Shown piece after piece: positions 31,141 to 40,627 of a stretch of DNA of 64,000 nt. A model generated the notes under the pieces. It made no database searches, was not told the origin of the DNA, and worked only from the letters and a program-made list of their open reading frames with translations. The DNA is taken from NCBI GenBank assembly GCA_963708135.1, contig OY970192.1, forward strand, positions 2,784,001 through 2,848,000, in the 5' to 3' direction. The translations under genes were made by a program, and so were the position numbers. This stretch comes from an uncultured Gemmatimonadales bacterium (GTDB taxonomy: Bacteria; Gemmatimonadota; Gemmatimonadetes; Longimicrobiales; RSA9). Within the stretch, counting starts at the first letter, position 1. Every line of letters starts with the position of its first letter.

Positions 31141-33948
31141 CTACTTCATCCTTCCCGGCTCCAGCACCGTCACGGCCTCTGTCACCGCCTCCACGGCGGA
31201 GCGCGAGTACGCCACGGGGAAATAGCCGCCCGTCGCCCACATGCGAAACAGGTCGCTGTAGTGCGGACTGGCGGGATCGCCCGACTGTCCGGGCGCGTTG
31301 GTGCCGACGCTGCGGTCCCAGTCGGCGACGTCCGCGATGATGCGGAACGAGGCGCCCGACGTCTGGTTCTCGCCGTTGCTGGTGGCGTTGACCGTGTAGC
31401 CGTAGCCGGGGCGCGGCAGCGGTCCGACGTCGAGGCGCGCGCGCGTGGCGCTGTCCACGGCGTGCGTCATCGGGTGGTGCAGCAGGGCGTGGTGATAGCG
31501 GCCGTAACGCCACGCGTCGAGGTCGCCGCCGTACCGCCTGGTCACCGCCGCGACGGCCTCGGAGAGCGCGTTCACGAGCAGGGTGTCGCGCGCCGCGGCC
31601 GGCGCGGCGCCGAGCTCCGGTCCGGGATTTCGCAGGTGCTCGATGACGCGCGTCATCGACACGTAGGGGACGAGCGCGCGGGCGGCGGGGGGAACGAGGG
31701 CGTCGCGCACGTGCGCGGCGAGGCGTCGCTCCCACAGGGCGTAGATGGTGGCGGCGACGGACGTGGTGTCCATCCGGTCGTCCCAGGCCAGGAGACGGCG
31801 GGCGGCCGCGGCCACGCGCGGGTCGGCGGGACGCACGCCGGCGAGCAGCGGGACGAGCCGGCGGGCGGGCACGGAGACCACGTCCTGCTGCAGCCGCTCC
31901 ATGTCCTCCAGGGTGAAGCGGCGGCCGGCGCCGAGCACCTCATCGATGCGGTCCACGCGGAACGGATCGGCCCAGGAGTGGCCCACCGCGTCCATGTGGG
32001 CGTAGCCGGCGGGCACGTCGTTCTGGTTGGCCGTGGCCCAGAACCCCTTGTCGGGGTTGGAGACGTGCGGCAGCTGGAGGATCGGGAGGTAGCCGGCCCA
32101 CTCGTAGCGCCCGTCGCCCGGGACGGGGACGAGCCCGCTCCAGTTCGGGCGAACAGGCGCCACGCCCACGGGCTGCCAGCCGATGGTGCCATCCACCCCC
32201 GCCCAGACCATGTTCTCGCCGGGGATGCGGCTGTAGCTGCACGCCGCGCGGAACTCCTCCCAGCTCTTCGCCTGGTCCATGCGCAGCGAAGCCAGGTACG
32301 GCGCCGCGCCAATGTCGCGCCACGCCGCGCGCAGGGCGTACGCCCTGTGGTGCGACGTGTCCTCGTAGAGCACGGGGCCGTGGCGCGTGTACATCAGCGC
32401 CACCACCACCGGCGCCCGGCCCTTCACCGGGATGGTGTCCCGGATCACCTTCATCCGCTCCCAGGCGCCGCGGTAGCGGTACTGCTCGGGGTCGGCCGGG
32501 TTGGTCTCGTAGACGTAGAGGTCCTCACCATCGAGGTCGAAGACCGTGAGCCCCCAGGCGCCGTAGCGGTTGTGGCCGATCGAGACGCCCGGCAGCACGG
32601 GCTCGCCGCCGCCGATGACGTCCCAGCCGGGCGCGACCAGGTGCACCCAGTAGCGCAGCGAGGGCGCCTGCTGCACGCGGTGCGGATCATTGGCCATGAA
32701 GGGCCTGCCCGTGGCCGTGAGCCTGCCGGCGACCACCCAGTTGTTGCTGCCGATCGCCTCGCCCGCGGCGACGAGCGCGGGCTCCGAGGGGGCCGCCCCG
32801 GGGTCCTCCAGGCCCCCGTCGGGCAGGACGCGGGAGGCGCCCGGCGCGGCGTGGGCGCCGGCCGGCGGGATCCGCCCCGTCGCCTGCGGCGCGCCAATGG
32901 GCGCGGGGGCGGTGGCGAGGGCCCGGGCATCGGTGTTCAGGCGCTCGAGCCCGCCGGCCCGGGCGGCGGCGCGGTAGGCCGGCGCGACATCCTCGGGGCG
33001 GAAGTCGACCGGGCGGCGGAAGGCCTCGTAGAGGCGGAGGATGTCGGCGGAAAGGAGCGAGCCATCGATGGCGGAGTCGAGCGCGAGCTTCGGGTGGCCG
33101 TTCTGGAACCAGTTGATCTCGCGTGTCTTCTCCGGCCCGAGCGCGGCCACCTCGCGGCCGATGCGGAGCTCCTCGCCGATGTTGCCGAGCAGGCCCTGGT
33201 GCCGGGAGATCACGACGGCCGGCGTCCAGTGGCGGGGCCGGATGCCGAGCATGCGGAACTCCAGCGGCAGAGTCTCGGGGTGGGCATTCGCCTCATCGAT
33301 GTAGGCGTTCACGCCCCGCACGTACGCGTCCACGATCTTCTGGCCGCGCGGGTGGTACCAGGCGAGCTCCCGGTGCAGGTCGCCGCGGAACTCGTGCAGG
33401 CGCGCGCCGATGTCGCGCTCCAGCGCGCGGGGGCCGAGGACCTCGGCGAGCGTTCCCGTGGCCTGGCGGCGCCAGAGCTCGAACTGGAAGAGCCGGTCGC
33501 GCGCCGCGCTCCAGCCCTGCGCGAAGAAGAGGTCGGGCTCCGAGCGCGCGTAGATGTGGGAGATGCCCCAGCGGTCCTTCCGGATCTCGACCGGCTGCGC
33601 GAGGCCGGGGACGCGCAGCGTGTCGGCGCCCGGCGCGACCGCCGGCTCGCCGGAGTCGGGCGGGAAGCTCCCGTCCGGGCCGGCCCCGGGGTCGATCACG
33701 ATGCCGGCGTCCGGCCCACCCGCCGGCAACACCAAGCGCCGCACGCTCTCCGGCCCCGTGTCTCCGCCTCCGGCGACGATCGGCGCGCCGTGCGCCGGCC
33801 CCGCGCGAGGCACCCGCGCGGCCCCGGTCCGCCGCTGCCCTCCACCACTCGCGCAGGCGGCGAACGAGAGCGAGACGAGCAGCCGGAACGCGGCGCCGCG
33901 CGGCCGCGCCGCCGGCGCGAAGGCAATGCCCGTGCTGCGATGGATCAC
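31141..33948 (-). CDS. Penicillin acylase family Ntn-hydrolase
   Basis: DRWGISHIYA, RDRLFQ, GSNNWVV nucleophile, ANDPH, PGQSG. Confidence 0.92.
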   Translation of the reverse strand: MIHRSTGIAFAPAARPRGAAFRLLVSLSFAACASGGGQRRTGAARVPRAGPAHGAPIVAGGGDTGPESVRRLVLPAGGPDAGIVIDPGAGPDGSFPPDSGEPAVAPGADTLRVPGLAQPVEIRKDRWGISHIYARSEPDLFFAQGWSAARDRLFQFELWRRQATGTLAEVLGPRALERDIGARLHEFRGDLHRELAWYHPRGQKIVDAYVRGVNAYIDEANAHPETLPLEFRMLGIRPRHWTPAVVISRHQGLLGNIGEELRIGREVAALGPEKTREINWFQNGHPKLALDSAIDGSLLSADILRLYEAFRRPVDFRPEDVAPAYRAAARAGGLERLNTDARALATAPAPIGAPQATGRIPPAGAHAAPGASRVLPDGGLEDPGAAPSEPALVAAGEAIGSNNWVVAGRLTATGRPFMANDPHRVQQAPSLRYWVHLVAPGWDVIGGGEPVLPGVSIGHNRYGAWGLTVFDLDGEDLYVYETNPADPEQYRYRGAWERMKVIRDTIPVKGRAPVVVALMYTRHGPVLYEDTSHHRAYALRAAWRDIGAAPYLASLRMDQAKSWEEFRAACSYSRIPGENMVWAGVDGTIGWQPVGVAPVRPNWSGLVPVPGDGRYEWAGYLPILQLPHVSNPDKGFWATANQNDVPAGYAHMDAVGHSWADPFRVDRIDEVLGAGRRFTLEDMERLQQDVVSVPARRLVPLLAGVRPADPRVAAAARRLLAWDDRMDTTSVAATIYALWERRLAAHVRDALVPPAARALVPYVSMTRVIEHLRNPGPELGAAPAAARDTLLVNALSEAVAAVTRRYGGDLDAWRYGRYHHALLHHPMTHAVDSATRARLDVGPLPRPGYGYTVNATSNGENQTSGASFRIIADVADWDRSVGTNAPGQSGDPASPHYSDLFRMWATGGYFPVAYSRSAVEAVTEAVTVLEPGRMK

Positions 33949-33970
33949 CGGGATCCTCTGCCCGGATCGT

Positions 33971-35401
33971 TCAGGCCGGCACGGCCGGCCGGATGTTCTG
34001 GTTGGAGCGGAAGACGTTGGCGGGGTCGAAGCGCGTCTTCAGCTCGGCCAGGCGATCGTAGTTCACGCCGTACGCGGCGCGCACGCGCTCGGCCTCCTCC
34101 TGCGTCATGAAGTTGACATATGCGCCGCCGGTCGAGAACGGCGCGACGGCCTGGAAGAGCTCGCGCGCCCAACCGATGCAGGCCTCGTCCCGGGCCGGGT
34201 CGGCCCAGCGCCCGTGCACGTTCATGACGAGCTCCGCGTCGCGGTGCGCGTACGCCGTGGCCTGCGCCTCCACCCGGCCGACCGCCCCGCCGAGCACCGC
34301 CATCGCGATCTCGGTCTGCGGATCCGGGATGTGGCGGGCTGCCTCCACGAGCGTCTCGATCAGGCCGTCGCTCAGCTCGCGGAAGTCCTGGCTCTTCCAG
34401 TAGTTGCGCTGGCCGGGCGTGAGCAGCGGGTCGAGAATCTGCTGCCAGGCGGCGTAGGGGTGCGGCGCCACCACGTCCGCGATCGGCGAGCCGTAGGTCC
34501 GCAGCGGCTCCAGCGCCAGCTCTCCATCCTCGATCGGACCCGCGTAGCACATGGCCAGCGCGAGGATCTCCCGGCCGTGCCACTCCGGCGCCAGGAAGGG
34601 GAGCGGCGGCGCCTGCCGCATGACGAACCAGCAGGACGCTTCCTCCGGCGCACGCGCCATGAAATCGCGGTGGTAGCGGAGCACGTCCGCCGCCGCATCG
34701 AGCGGGTGGACCACCAGCCCCGAGAGGATCATCGGGCCGACTGGATGCAGGCGCAGCTCGAAGCGCGTCACGATCCCGAAGTTGCCGCCGCCGCCCCGGA
34801 TCGCCCAGAACAGGTCGGCATTTTCCGTCCCGCTGGCCCGCACCAGCTCGCCGTCCGCCGTGACCACGTCCGCCGACAGCAGGTTGTCCACGGTCAGGCC
34901 GTACGCCCGGCTCAGCCAGCCGAAGCCACCGCCCAGCGTCAGGCCACCCAGACCCGTCGTCGAGTTGATCCCGAGCGGCGTCGCCAGCCCGAACACCTGC
35001 GTGTCGTGGTCCACGTCCCCGAGCGTGGCGCCGCCCTCGACGGCCGCCGTCCGCGCCGCGGGATCGACCCGCACGCCGCGCATCCCCGCCAGGCTGATCA
35101 TCAGCCCGCCTTCGCTGACCGCGCTGCCCGCGATGTTGTGACCGCCGCCCCGCACCGACACGAGCAGATCGTGCGCACGCGCGAACCGCACCGCCTGCAC
35201 CACGTCCGCCGCGCCCGCGCAGCGCGCGATCAGCGCCGGCCGGCGGTCGATCATCGCGTTCCACACCGCGCGCGCCTCGTCGTAGCCGGGCGAGTCCGGC
35301 GCGAGCAGGCTCCCGCGCAGGCTCCCGCGCAGCTCTTCCACCACTGCATCCTCCAAAGCTCGCTCACCACCGCCATTCGTGCGGATCCTGATCTCGGCCA
35401 T
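33971..35401 (-). CDS. FAD-binding oxidoreductase (BBE-like)
   Basis: VRGGGHN, LFWAIRGGGGNFG, GAYVNF, FDPANVF; AGGAGG RBS. Confidence 0.92.
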   Translation of the reverse strand: MAEIRIRTNGGGERALEDAVVEELRGSLRGSLLAPDSPGYDEARAVWNAMIDRRPALIARCAGAADVVQAVRFARAHDLLVSVRGGGHNIAGSAVSEGGLMISLAGMRGVRVDPAARTAAVEGGATLGDVDHDTQVFGLATPLGINSTTGLGGLTLGGGFGWLSRAYGLTVDNLLSADVVTADGELVRASGTENADLFWAIRGGGGNFGIVTRFELRLHPVGPMILSGLVVHPLDAAADVLRYHRDFMARAPEEASCWFVMRQAPPLPFLAPEWHGREILALAMCYAGPIEDGELALEPLRTYGSPIADVVAPHPYAAWQQILDPLLTPGQRNYWKSQDFRELSDGLIETLVEAARHIPDPQTEIAMAVLGGAVGRVEAQATAYAHRDAELVMNVHGRWADPARDEACIGWARELFQAVAPFSTGGAYVNFMTQEEAERVRAAYGVNYDRLAELKTRFDPANVFRSNQNIRPAVPA

Positions 35402-35860
35402 CTGGCTCCTCCTTTCGTTGATCGACGGGACGTGGCCGGGCACCGCGCGGACGGGTGCCTCCGGCCATGAGGGGATCCGATCGGAGCTGCCGTGAGGAGC
35501 CGGGTCGCCCGGCAGCGGAGGACCCGCGCTGCGGACGTGGGAACCAGCGAGGTCGGAAAGGCGGTGGACCGACGCCGGCCCGACCCGGCCGCCGGCGGCG
35601 CTCGCGCCTGCAATACTGCAGTCCACGAAGGTCCATCGCAAGCGCGCCGGCGCTGCCGGCGCCTTCTCCGCCTCAGCCGGGGTCCAACTCGCGGCCGCGC
35701 GCCACTGTGCGAGCCGCCGTCCGTTCGCGCCCCGTGTCGAGCCGGAACAGGTGGAGCCGCGCCCGCGCCACTGACCCCCACGCCGCCGGGTGCAGGATGG
35801 GGCGAGGCCCCCCGGCGCGGGCGCGCCGGGGGGCCTCGGCCCAGCTGGCCCGCGGACGGG

Positions 35861-36523
35861 CTAGTTGGTGACCGACACCATGGCGCCGCTGTTGCCGCGG
35901 TAGTCGATGACGAGCGTCACGCGGCGGTTGATGAGCCCCTCGTCGCCGGGACCGGCGGCCTTGGGATCGACGAGCCGGTTGTGGGTCTCGCCGTAGCTCA
36001 CGATGCGCACGTGGGTGGCGTCGAGACCGCCGTTGCTGGTGAGGTAGTCCTTGACCGCATCCGCGCGGTTGTGGCCGAGGCGCATGTTGTAGGCGCGGCT
36101 GCCGGCCGGGTCCGTGAAGCCCTCGACGGTGACGACCGCGTCCGGATAGTAGGCCTTGACCACGCCGGCGAAGCGGTCGAGGACCGCCGTGTCCTCGGGG
36201 CGCAGCGCGTACTTGGCGAAGTCGAAGTGGACGGGGACGTCGAAGGCGATGAGGCCCTCGAGCTTGGTCATCTTCGTGTTGAAGGTGTCCCGAAGCGCGT
36301 CCAGGTCCTGGCGCAGCGCGGCGTCGCGCGCGGCGTCCTGCTGCTCGTTCTGGTCGATGCGGCTGCCAAGGCCGTTGTCGGCCTCCTGCATCTCCGAGCG
36401 CAACTGGGCGATCTGGTTGTTGACGTCCTTGCGCTTGGCGTACCCGCAGGCGGACAGCAGCGCAACGAGCGAGAGCGCGCCCAGCCGCAGCGTCGCCCGC
36501 CGGAATTGAGTGGACTTCATCAT
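35861..36523 (-). CDS. OmpA-family lipoprotein with coiled coil
   Basis: Lipobox LLSAC; VHFDF, VEGFTD, YN.RLG..RA, NRRV. Confidence 0.9.
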   Translation of the reverse strand: MMKSTQFRRATLRLGALSLVALLSACGYAKRKDVNNQIAQLRSEMQEADNGLGSRIDQNEQQDAARDAALRQDLDALRDTFNTKMTKLEGLIAFDVPVHFDFAKYALRPEDTAVLDRFAGVVKAYYPDAVVTVEGFTDPAGSRAYNMRLGHNRADAVKDYLTSNGGLDATHVRIVSYGETHNRLVDPKAAGPGDEGLINRRVTLVIDYRGNSGAMVSVTN

Positions 36524-36618
36524 GCTCCCACCTCCCATTGTGGTCACAGCGTTGCGTGGTCTATCAGCGCCGAGACGAGCACGCAAGCAACGTCGCGTCG
36601 CGTCCCGTTTGGGCGAAG

Positions 36619-36635
36619 CGCAAAAACCCGGCCAA
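36619..36635 (-). promoter_or_regulatory. Putative sigma54 (-24/-12) promoter
   Basis: TTGGCCGGGTTTTTGCG: GG-N10-GC spacing, upstream of the ompA-like gene. Confidence 0.4.
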
Positions 36636-36716
36636 TGCCGCATCGGCGGCGCGGAGGCCGAGGCGGGCGGCGACATCCGCGCCCCCGGCGAGAGGGAGCC
36701 GCGCCCGTAATCCAGC

Positions 36717-37961
36717 CTAGTCGGCCGCCATGCGCGCCCCCGCCTCGCCCGCCCCCTCTTCCGGGTCGTGCACCCAGATCCAGACGACGGCGGTGCCGAT
36801 CAGGGACAGCACACCCCCGACGAGGAACGGCAGCTCGAAGAAGACGACGGCGAGAAATCCGGCCAGGAGCGGCCCGAGCGCGATGCCGAGGCCGAATCCC
36901 ATGGTGACGAGCCCGAGCTGGCGCCCCTGCCCCCGCTTGCTGGCCAGATCGGCGGCGAGCGCGAACGCTGGCGCCGCCACGCCCGCGGAGGCGGCACCCT
37001 GGAAGACGCGGATGAGCGCGAGCTGGACGGTATTGGCGGCGAGGCCGAGCAGCGCCGTCGTCGGGGCCATGAGCAGCAGGCCGACGAGCAGCAGCGGGCG
37101 GCGCCCGATGCGGTCGGAGAGGCGGCCGAGCGGGATCTGCAGGAAGAGCCGGCTCACCATGAGCGCGCTGAACGCGATCCCGAAGCCGAGGGCGCTCTCC
37201 TGGAGCCGCCGGTTGAACTCCTTCTCGAGCGGCACCATGAGCGTGAAGGACGCGGCCATGACGAAGGTGGCGAAGGCCAGGCCCAGCATGGCGGGCGTCA
37301 GCAGCTCCCGGCTGAAGAAGCGCTTCCCGCCGGCCGCCTCGGCCTCCTCCTCCTCGAACGGCGGCTCGCGCACCAGCAGCTGCACGAGCGCGAACCCGCC
37401 CGCAATGAGCACCGCCCCCACGATGAAGGCGGTGTCGAACCCGAAGCGGTCGTGCAGCCAGCCACCGAGCATCGGTCCGATCGCGAAGCCGACCAGCCGC
37501 ATCGTCGTGAACACGCCCATCGCGCCGCCGCGCGTCCTCCGCTCCGTGCCGGCCGCCATCAACGCCAGCGACGCCGGCACGGTCAGCGCCACCCCCACCC
37601 CCTGGATCGTGCGGATCACCAGCAGATCCACGTAGCGAACGGCGAGGATGAAGGAGAACGTCGCCGCCGCCATCACGACGAGCCCCACCTGGATGATCAG
37701 CTTCGGCCGCTTCACCGTGTCGATCAGCCGCCCCACCAGCGGCTGCGAGAACGCCACGATCAGCCCGTAGACCGAGATCAGGATCCCGACCAGCACCGGC
37801 TCCGGCAGATGCAGCCACGGGGAGGGCAGCCGCCCCACGTAGAGCGGGATGAGGATGAAGAGGATGCTGTTCCCCATCGAGTCCACCATCCGCGCCGTCG
37901 ACAGCGCGAGCACCACCCGATTGGCGCCGATGCCGCGCAGGAACCGCTTCAGCCAATCCAC
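36717..37961 (-). CDS. MFS transporter
   Basis: About 12 TMs; GRLIDTVKR and GRLSDRIGRR motif A. Confidence 0.9.
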   Translation of the reverse strand: MDWLKRFLRGIGANRVVLALSTARMVDSMGNSILFILIPLYVGRLPSPWLHLPEPVLVGILISVYGLIVAFSQPLVGRLIDTVKRPKLIIQVGLVVMAAATFSFILAVRYVDLLVIRTIQGVGVALTVPASLALMAAGTERRTRGGAMGVFTTMRLVGFAIGPMLGGWLHDRFGFDTAFIVGAVLIAGGFALVQLLVREPPFEEEEAEAAGGKRFFSRELLTPAMLGLAFATFVMAASFTLMVPLEKEFNRRLQESALGFGIAFSALMVSRLFLQIPLGRLSDRIGRRPLLLVGLLLMAPTTALLGLAANTVQLALIRVFQGAASAGVAAPAFALAADLASKRGQGRQLGLVTMGFGLGIALGPLLAGFLAVVFFELPFLVGGVLSLIGTAVVWIWVHDPEEGAGEAGARMAAD

Positions 37962-38199
37962 CGAACGCTCCCGACCACTGTCCCTCCATCGACCGCAGGC
38001 GACGTCTCCGCGGCCGAGCGTCGCCGGCCGGATGACGGGTTCCCGGATCCCGCAGCATCCCTGCCAGAGAGGCAATCGAAGTTCGGGACTGGGGTTCGGG
38101 CCTCGCGGTCGTGCTTGCGCCGGGCGGGTGAGGGCGGGCATTGTATACAGACCGCGCGCGATCGGCGCGGGACACCCGACCGAACACGAAGGAGCCAGC

Positions 38200-40377
38200 A
38201 TGCCGGACGCTTCCGACTCCCGGCCCGCGCGGCGCGCCGGGCGCTTCCCCGGCCTGCCTCCGGCGGGCCACGCCGGTGCGGTCCTGCTCGCGGCGGCCGT
38301 CCTGCTCGGGCCGCGGGCCGCCGCGGCACAGCAGCGCTTCACGCTGGTGCAGATCCTTTCGGACCCGATGCCGACGGAGCTCGTCGCCTCGCCGGACGGC
38401 CGGGCGGTGGCGTGGGTGCAGGACGCGGAGGGGCGGCGGAACGTGTGGGTGGCTGCGGCGCCGGACTTCCAGGGGCGGCAGGTCACGCGCTACGACCGGG
38501 ACGACGGCCAGGAGATCGATGGGCTGGGCTTCACGCCGGACGGCGCCCGGCTCGTCTACGTTCGGGGCGGTGCGCCGAACGGGGCGGGCGAGATCCCGAA
38601 CCCGACGAGCGACGTGGACGGCGCCGGGCGCGCGATCTGGGTCGTCGCCGTGGCGGGCGGGGAGCCGAGGAAGCTCGACGACGGTGCGGCGCCGGCGGTG
38701 AGCCCGAAGGGGGACCTGGTCGCCTACGTGAAGCACGGCCAGCTCTGGAGCGCCTCGCTGGGGGAGAAGCCGGAGCCGAAGCAGCTGGCGCACACGCGCG
38801 GCGGCGCGAGCTCGCTCGTCTGGTCGCCGGACGGCAGCCGGCTGGCGTTCACGAGCCACCGGAAGGCGCACTCCTTCATCGGCATCCGGGCGAGCGGGGC
38901 TGGCACGATCACCTACATGGCGCCGACGGTGGACGCGAGCATGCAGCCGGCGTGGTCGCCGGACGGGAGCCGGATCGCGTGGCTGTCGATCCCGAGCACG
39001 CACCGCGAGATCCCCTTTATCCCGTACCGCGTGGACCTGCCGTGGTCGATCCGCGTCGGCGATCCGGCCACGGGCGAGGCGCGCACGATCTGGACGGCGG
39101 ATGCGGGGATGGGCAGTGTGTTCCACGGCTACGCGGGCGAGGCGCAGCTCATGTGGGGCGCGGGCGAGAGGCTGGTCTTCCCGTGGGAGAAGGACGGCTG
39201 GCTGCACCTGTGGTCGGTGCCGGCGGCGGGCGGTGACGCGACGCTGCTCACGCCCGGCGAGTTCGAGGTGCAGTACGTCGCCATGGGCGCGGGCGGCCGC
39301 GAGGTGCTCTTCGACTCGAACCAGGGCGACGTGGACCGCCGCCACCTCTGGCGCGTCTCCGTCTCCGGCGGCCCGCCGCGGGAGATCACGCCCGGCACCG
39401 GCATCGAGTGGGCGCCGGTGGCGGTGCTGGATGGCAAGGGGCTGGCCTTCCTGGCGTCGGACGCCACGCACCCGGCGCACGCGGTGGTGAAGCTCGGGGC
39501 GGACGAGCCGCGCTGGATGGCCGCCGCATCGCTGCCGAAGGACTTCCCCGCCCCGTCCGCGCTCGTCACGCCGCAGCAGGTCATCTTCAGCGCGGCGGAC
39601 GGGATGCGCATCCACGGGCAGCTCTTCCTGCCCAAGGACGCGGCGCGGGGCGGGAAGCACGCGGCGGTGCTCTTCTTCCACGGCGGCTCGCGCCGGCAGA
39701 TGCTGCTCGGGTTCCACCACATGCGCTACTACCACAACGCCTACGCCATGAACCAGTACCTGGCGAGCCGCGGCTACGTGGTGCTGTCGGTGAACTACCG
39801 GACGGGCATCGGCTACGGCGAGCGGTTCCGCGAGGCGGAGAACTCGGGCGCCGACGGCGCGAGCGAGTTCAACGATGTCATGGGCGCCGGTGTCTACCTG
39901 CGCTCCCGGCCGGACGTGGATCCGGAGCGGATCGGCGTCTGGGGCGGCAGCTACGGCGGCTACCTCACGGCGATGGCCCTCGCGCGCGCGTCGGACCTCT
40001 TCAAGGCCGGCGTGGACCTGCACGGCGTGCACGACTGGAACCCCGTGATCAGGAACTTCATGCCGTCCTACGACTCGACCATCACGCCCGCGATCGCGAA
40101 CCGCGCCTACGCCTCCTCGCCCGCCGCCGACGTGGCGAGCTGGCGCTCACCGGTGCTGCTCATCCAGGGCGACGACGACCGCAACGTCCCGTTCACCGAG
40201 TCCATCGACATCGCCGAGCCGCTACGCCGCGAGGGCGTGCACGTCGAGCAGCTCATCTTCCCCGACGAGGTCCACGACTTCCTGCTGCACCGGAATTTCC
40301 TGGCCGCCTACCGCGCCGCGGCGGACTTCTTCGACCGGATGCTGAAACGAGGCGAGAGTCGAGCGGCGGGACGCTGA
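38200..40377 (+). CDS. S9-family (prolyl oligopeptidase/DPP) peptidase
   Basis: AAGGAG RBS; beta-propeller; GGSYGG, DDRNV, DEVH triad. Confidence 0.92.
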   Translation: MPDASDSRPARRAGRFPGLPPAGHAGAVLLAAAVLLGPRAAAAQQRFTLVQILSDPMPTELVASPDGRAVAWVQDAEGRRNVWVAAAPDFQGRQVTRYDRDDGQEIDGLGFTPDGARLVYVRGGAPNGAGEIPNPTSDVDGAGRAIWVVAVAGGEPRKLDDGAAPAVSPKGDLVAYVKHGQLWSASLGEKPEPKQLAHTRGGASSLVWSPDGSRLAFTSHRKAHSFIGIRASGAGTITYMAPTVDASMQPAWSPDGSRIAWLSIPSTHREIPFIPYRVDLPWSIRVGDPATGEARTIWTADAGMGSVFHGYAGEAQLMWGAGERLVFPWEKDGWLHLWSVPAAGGDATLLTPGEFEVQYVAMGAGGREVLFDSNQGDVDRRHLWRVSVSGGPPREITPGTGIEWAPVAVLDGKGLAFLASDATHPAHAVVKLGADEPRWMAAASLPKDFPAPSALVTPQQVIFSAADGMRIHGQLFLPKDAARGGKHAAVLFFHGGSRRQMLLGFHHMRYYHNAYAMNQYLASRGYVVLSVNYRTGIGYGERFREAENSGADGASEFNDVMGAGVYLRSRPDVDPERIGVWGGSYGGYLTAMALARASDLFKAGVDLHGVHDWNPVIRNFMPSYDSTITPAIANRAYASSPAADVASWRSPVLLIQGDDDRNVPFTESIDIAEPLRREGVHVEQLIFPDEVHDFLLHRNFLAAYRAAADFFDRMLKRGESRAAGR

Positions 40378-40627
40378 CGGCGAGACGGCGCGCCGGGTCT
40401 CCGGGCGCTTGTGCTGCGCTGCGCGTCCCATCTCCGGCGGCCGAGGCGCTCGATCCGGGCCGCCGCGCACGTAGCCGGGCGGCACACCGAGGACCGGGGA
40501 ATACATGGAGCGGAGTTTCGGCGCGAGCGGTCCTCCAGGCGAGAGGCCGCCGTGCCGGCCGATCGGCGGGGTGGATGCTGGCGCGCGCCGCCCCCATGCA
40601 GAGATCCGCGAGCCTAGAGGAGCCGCC

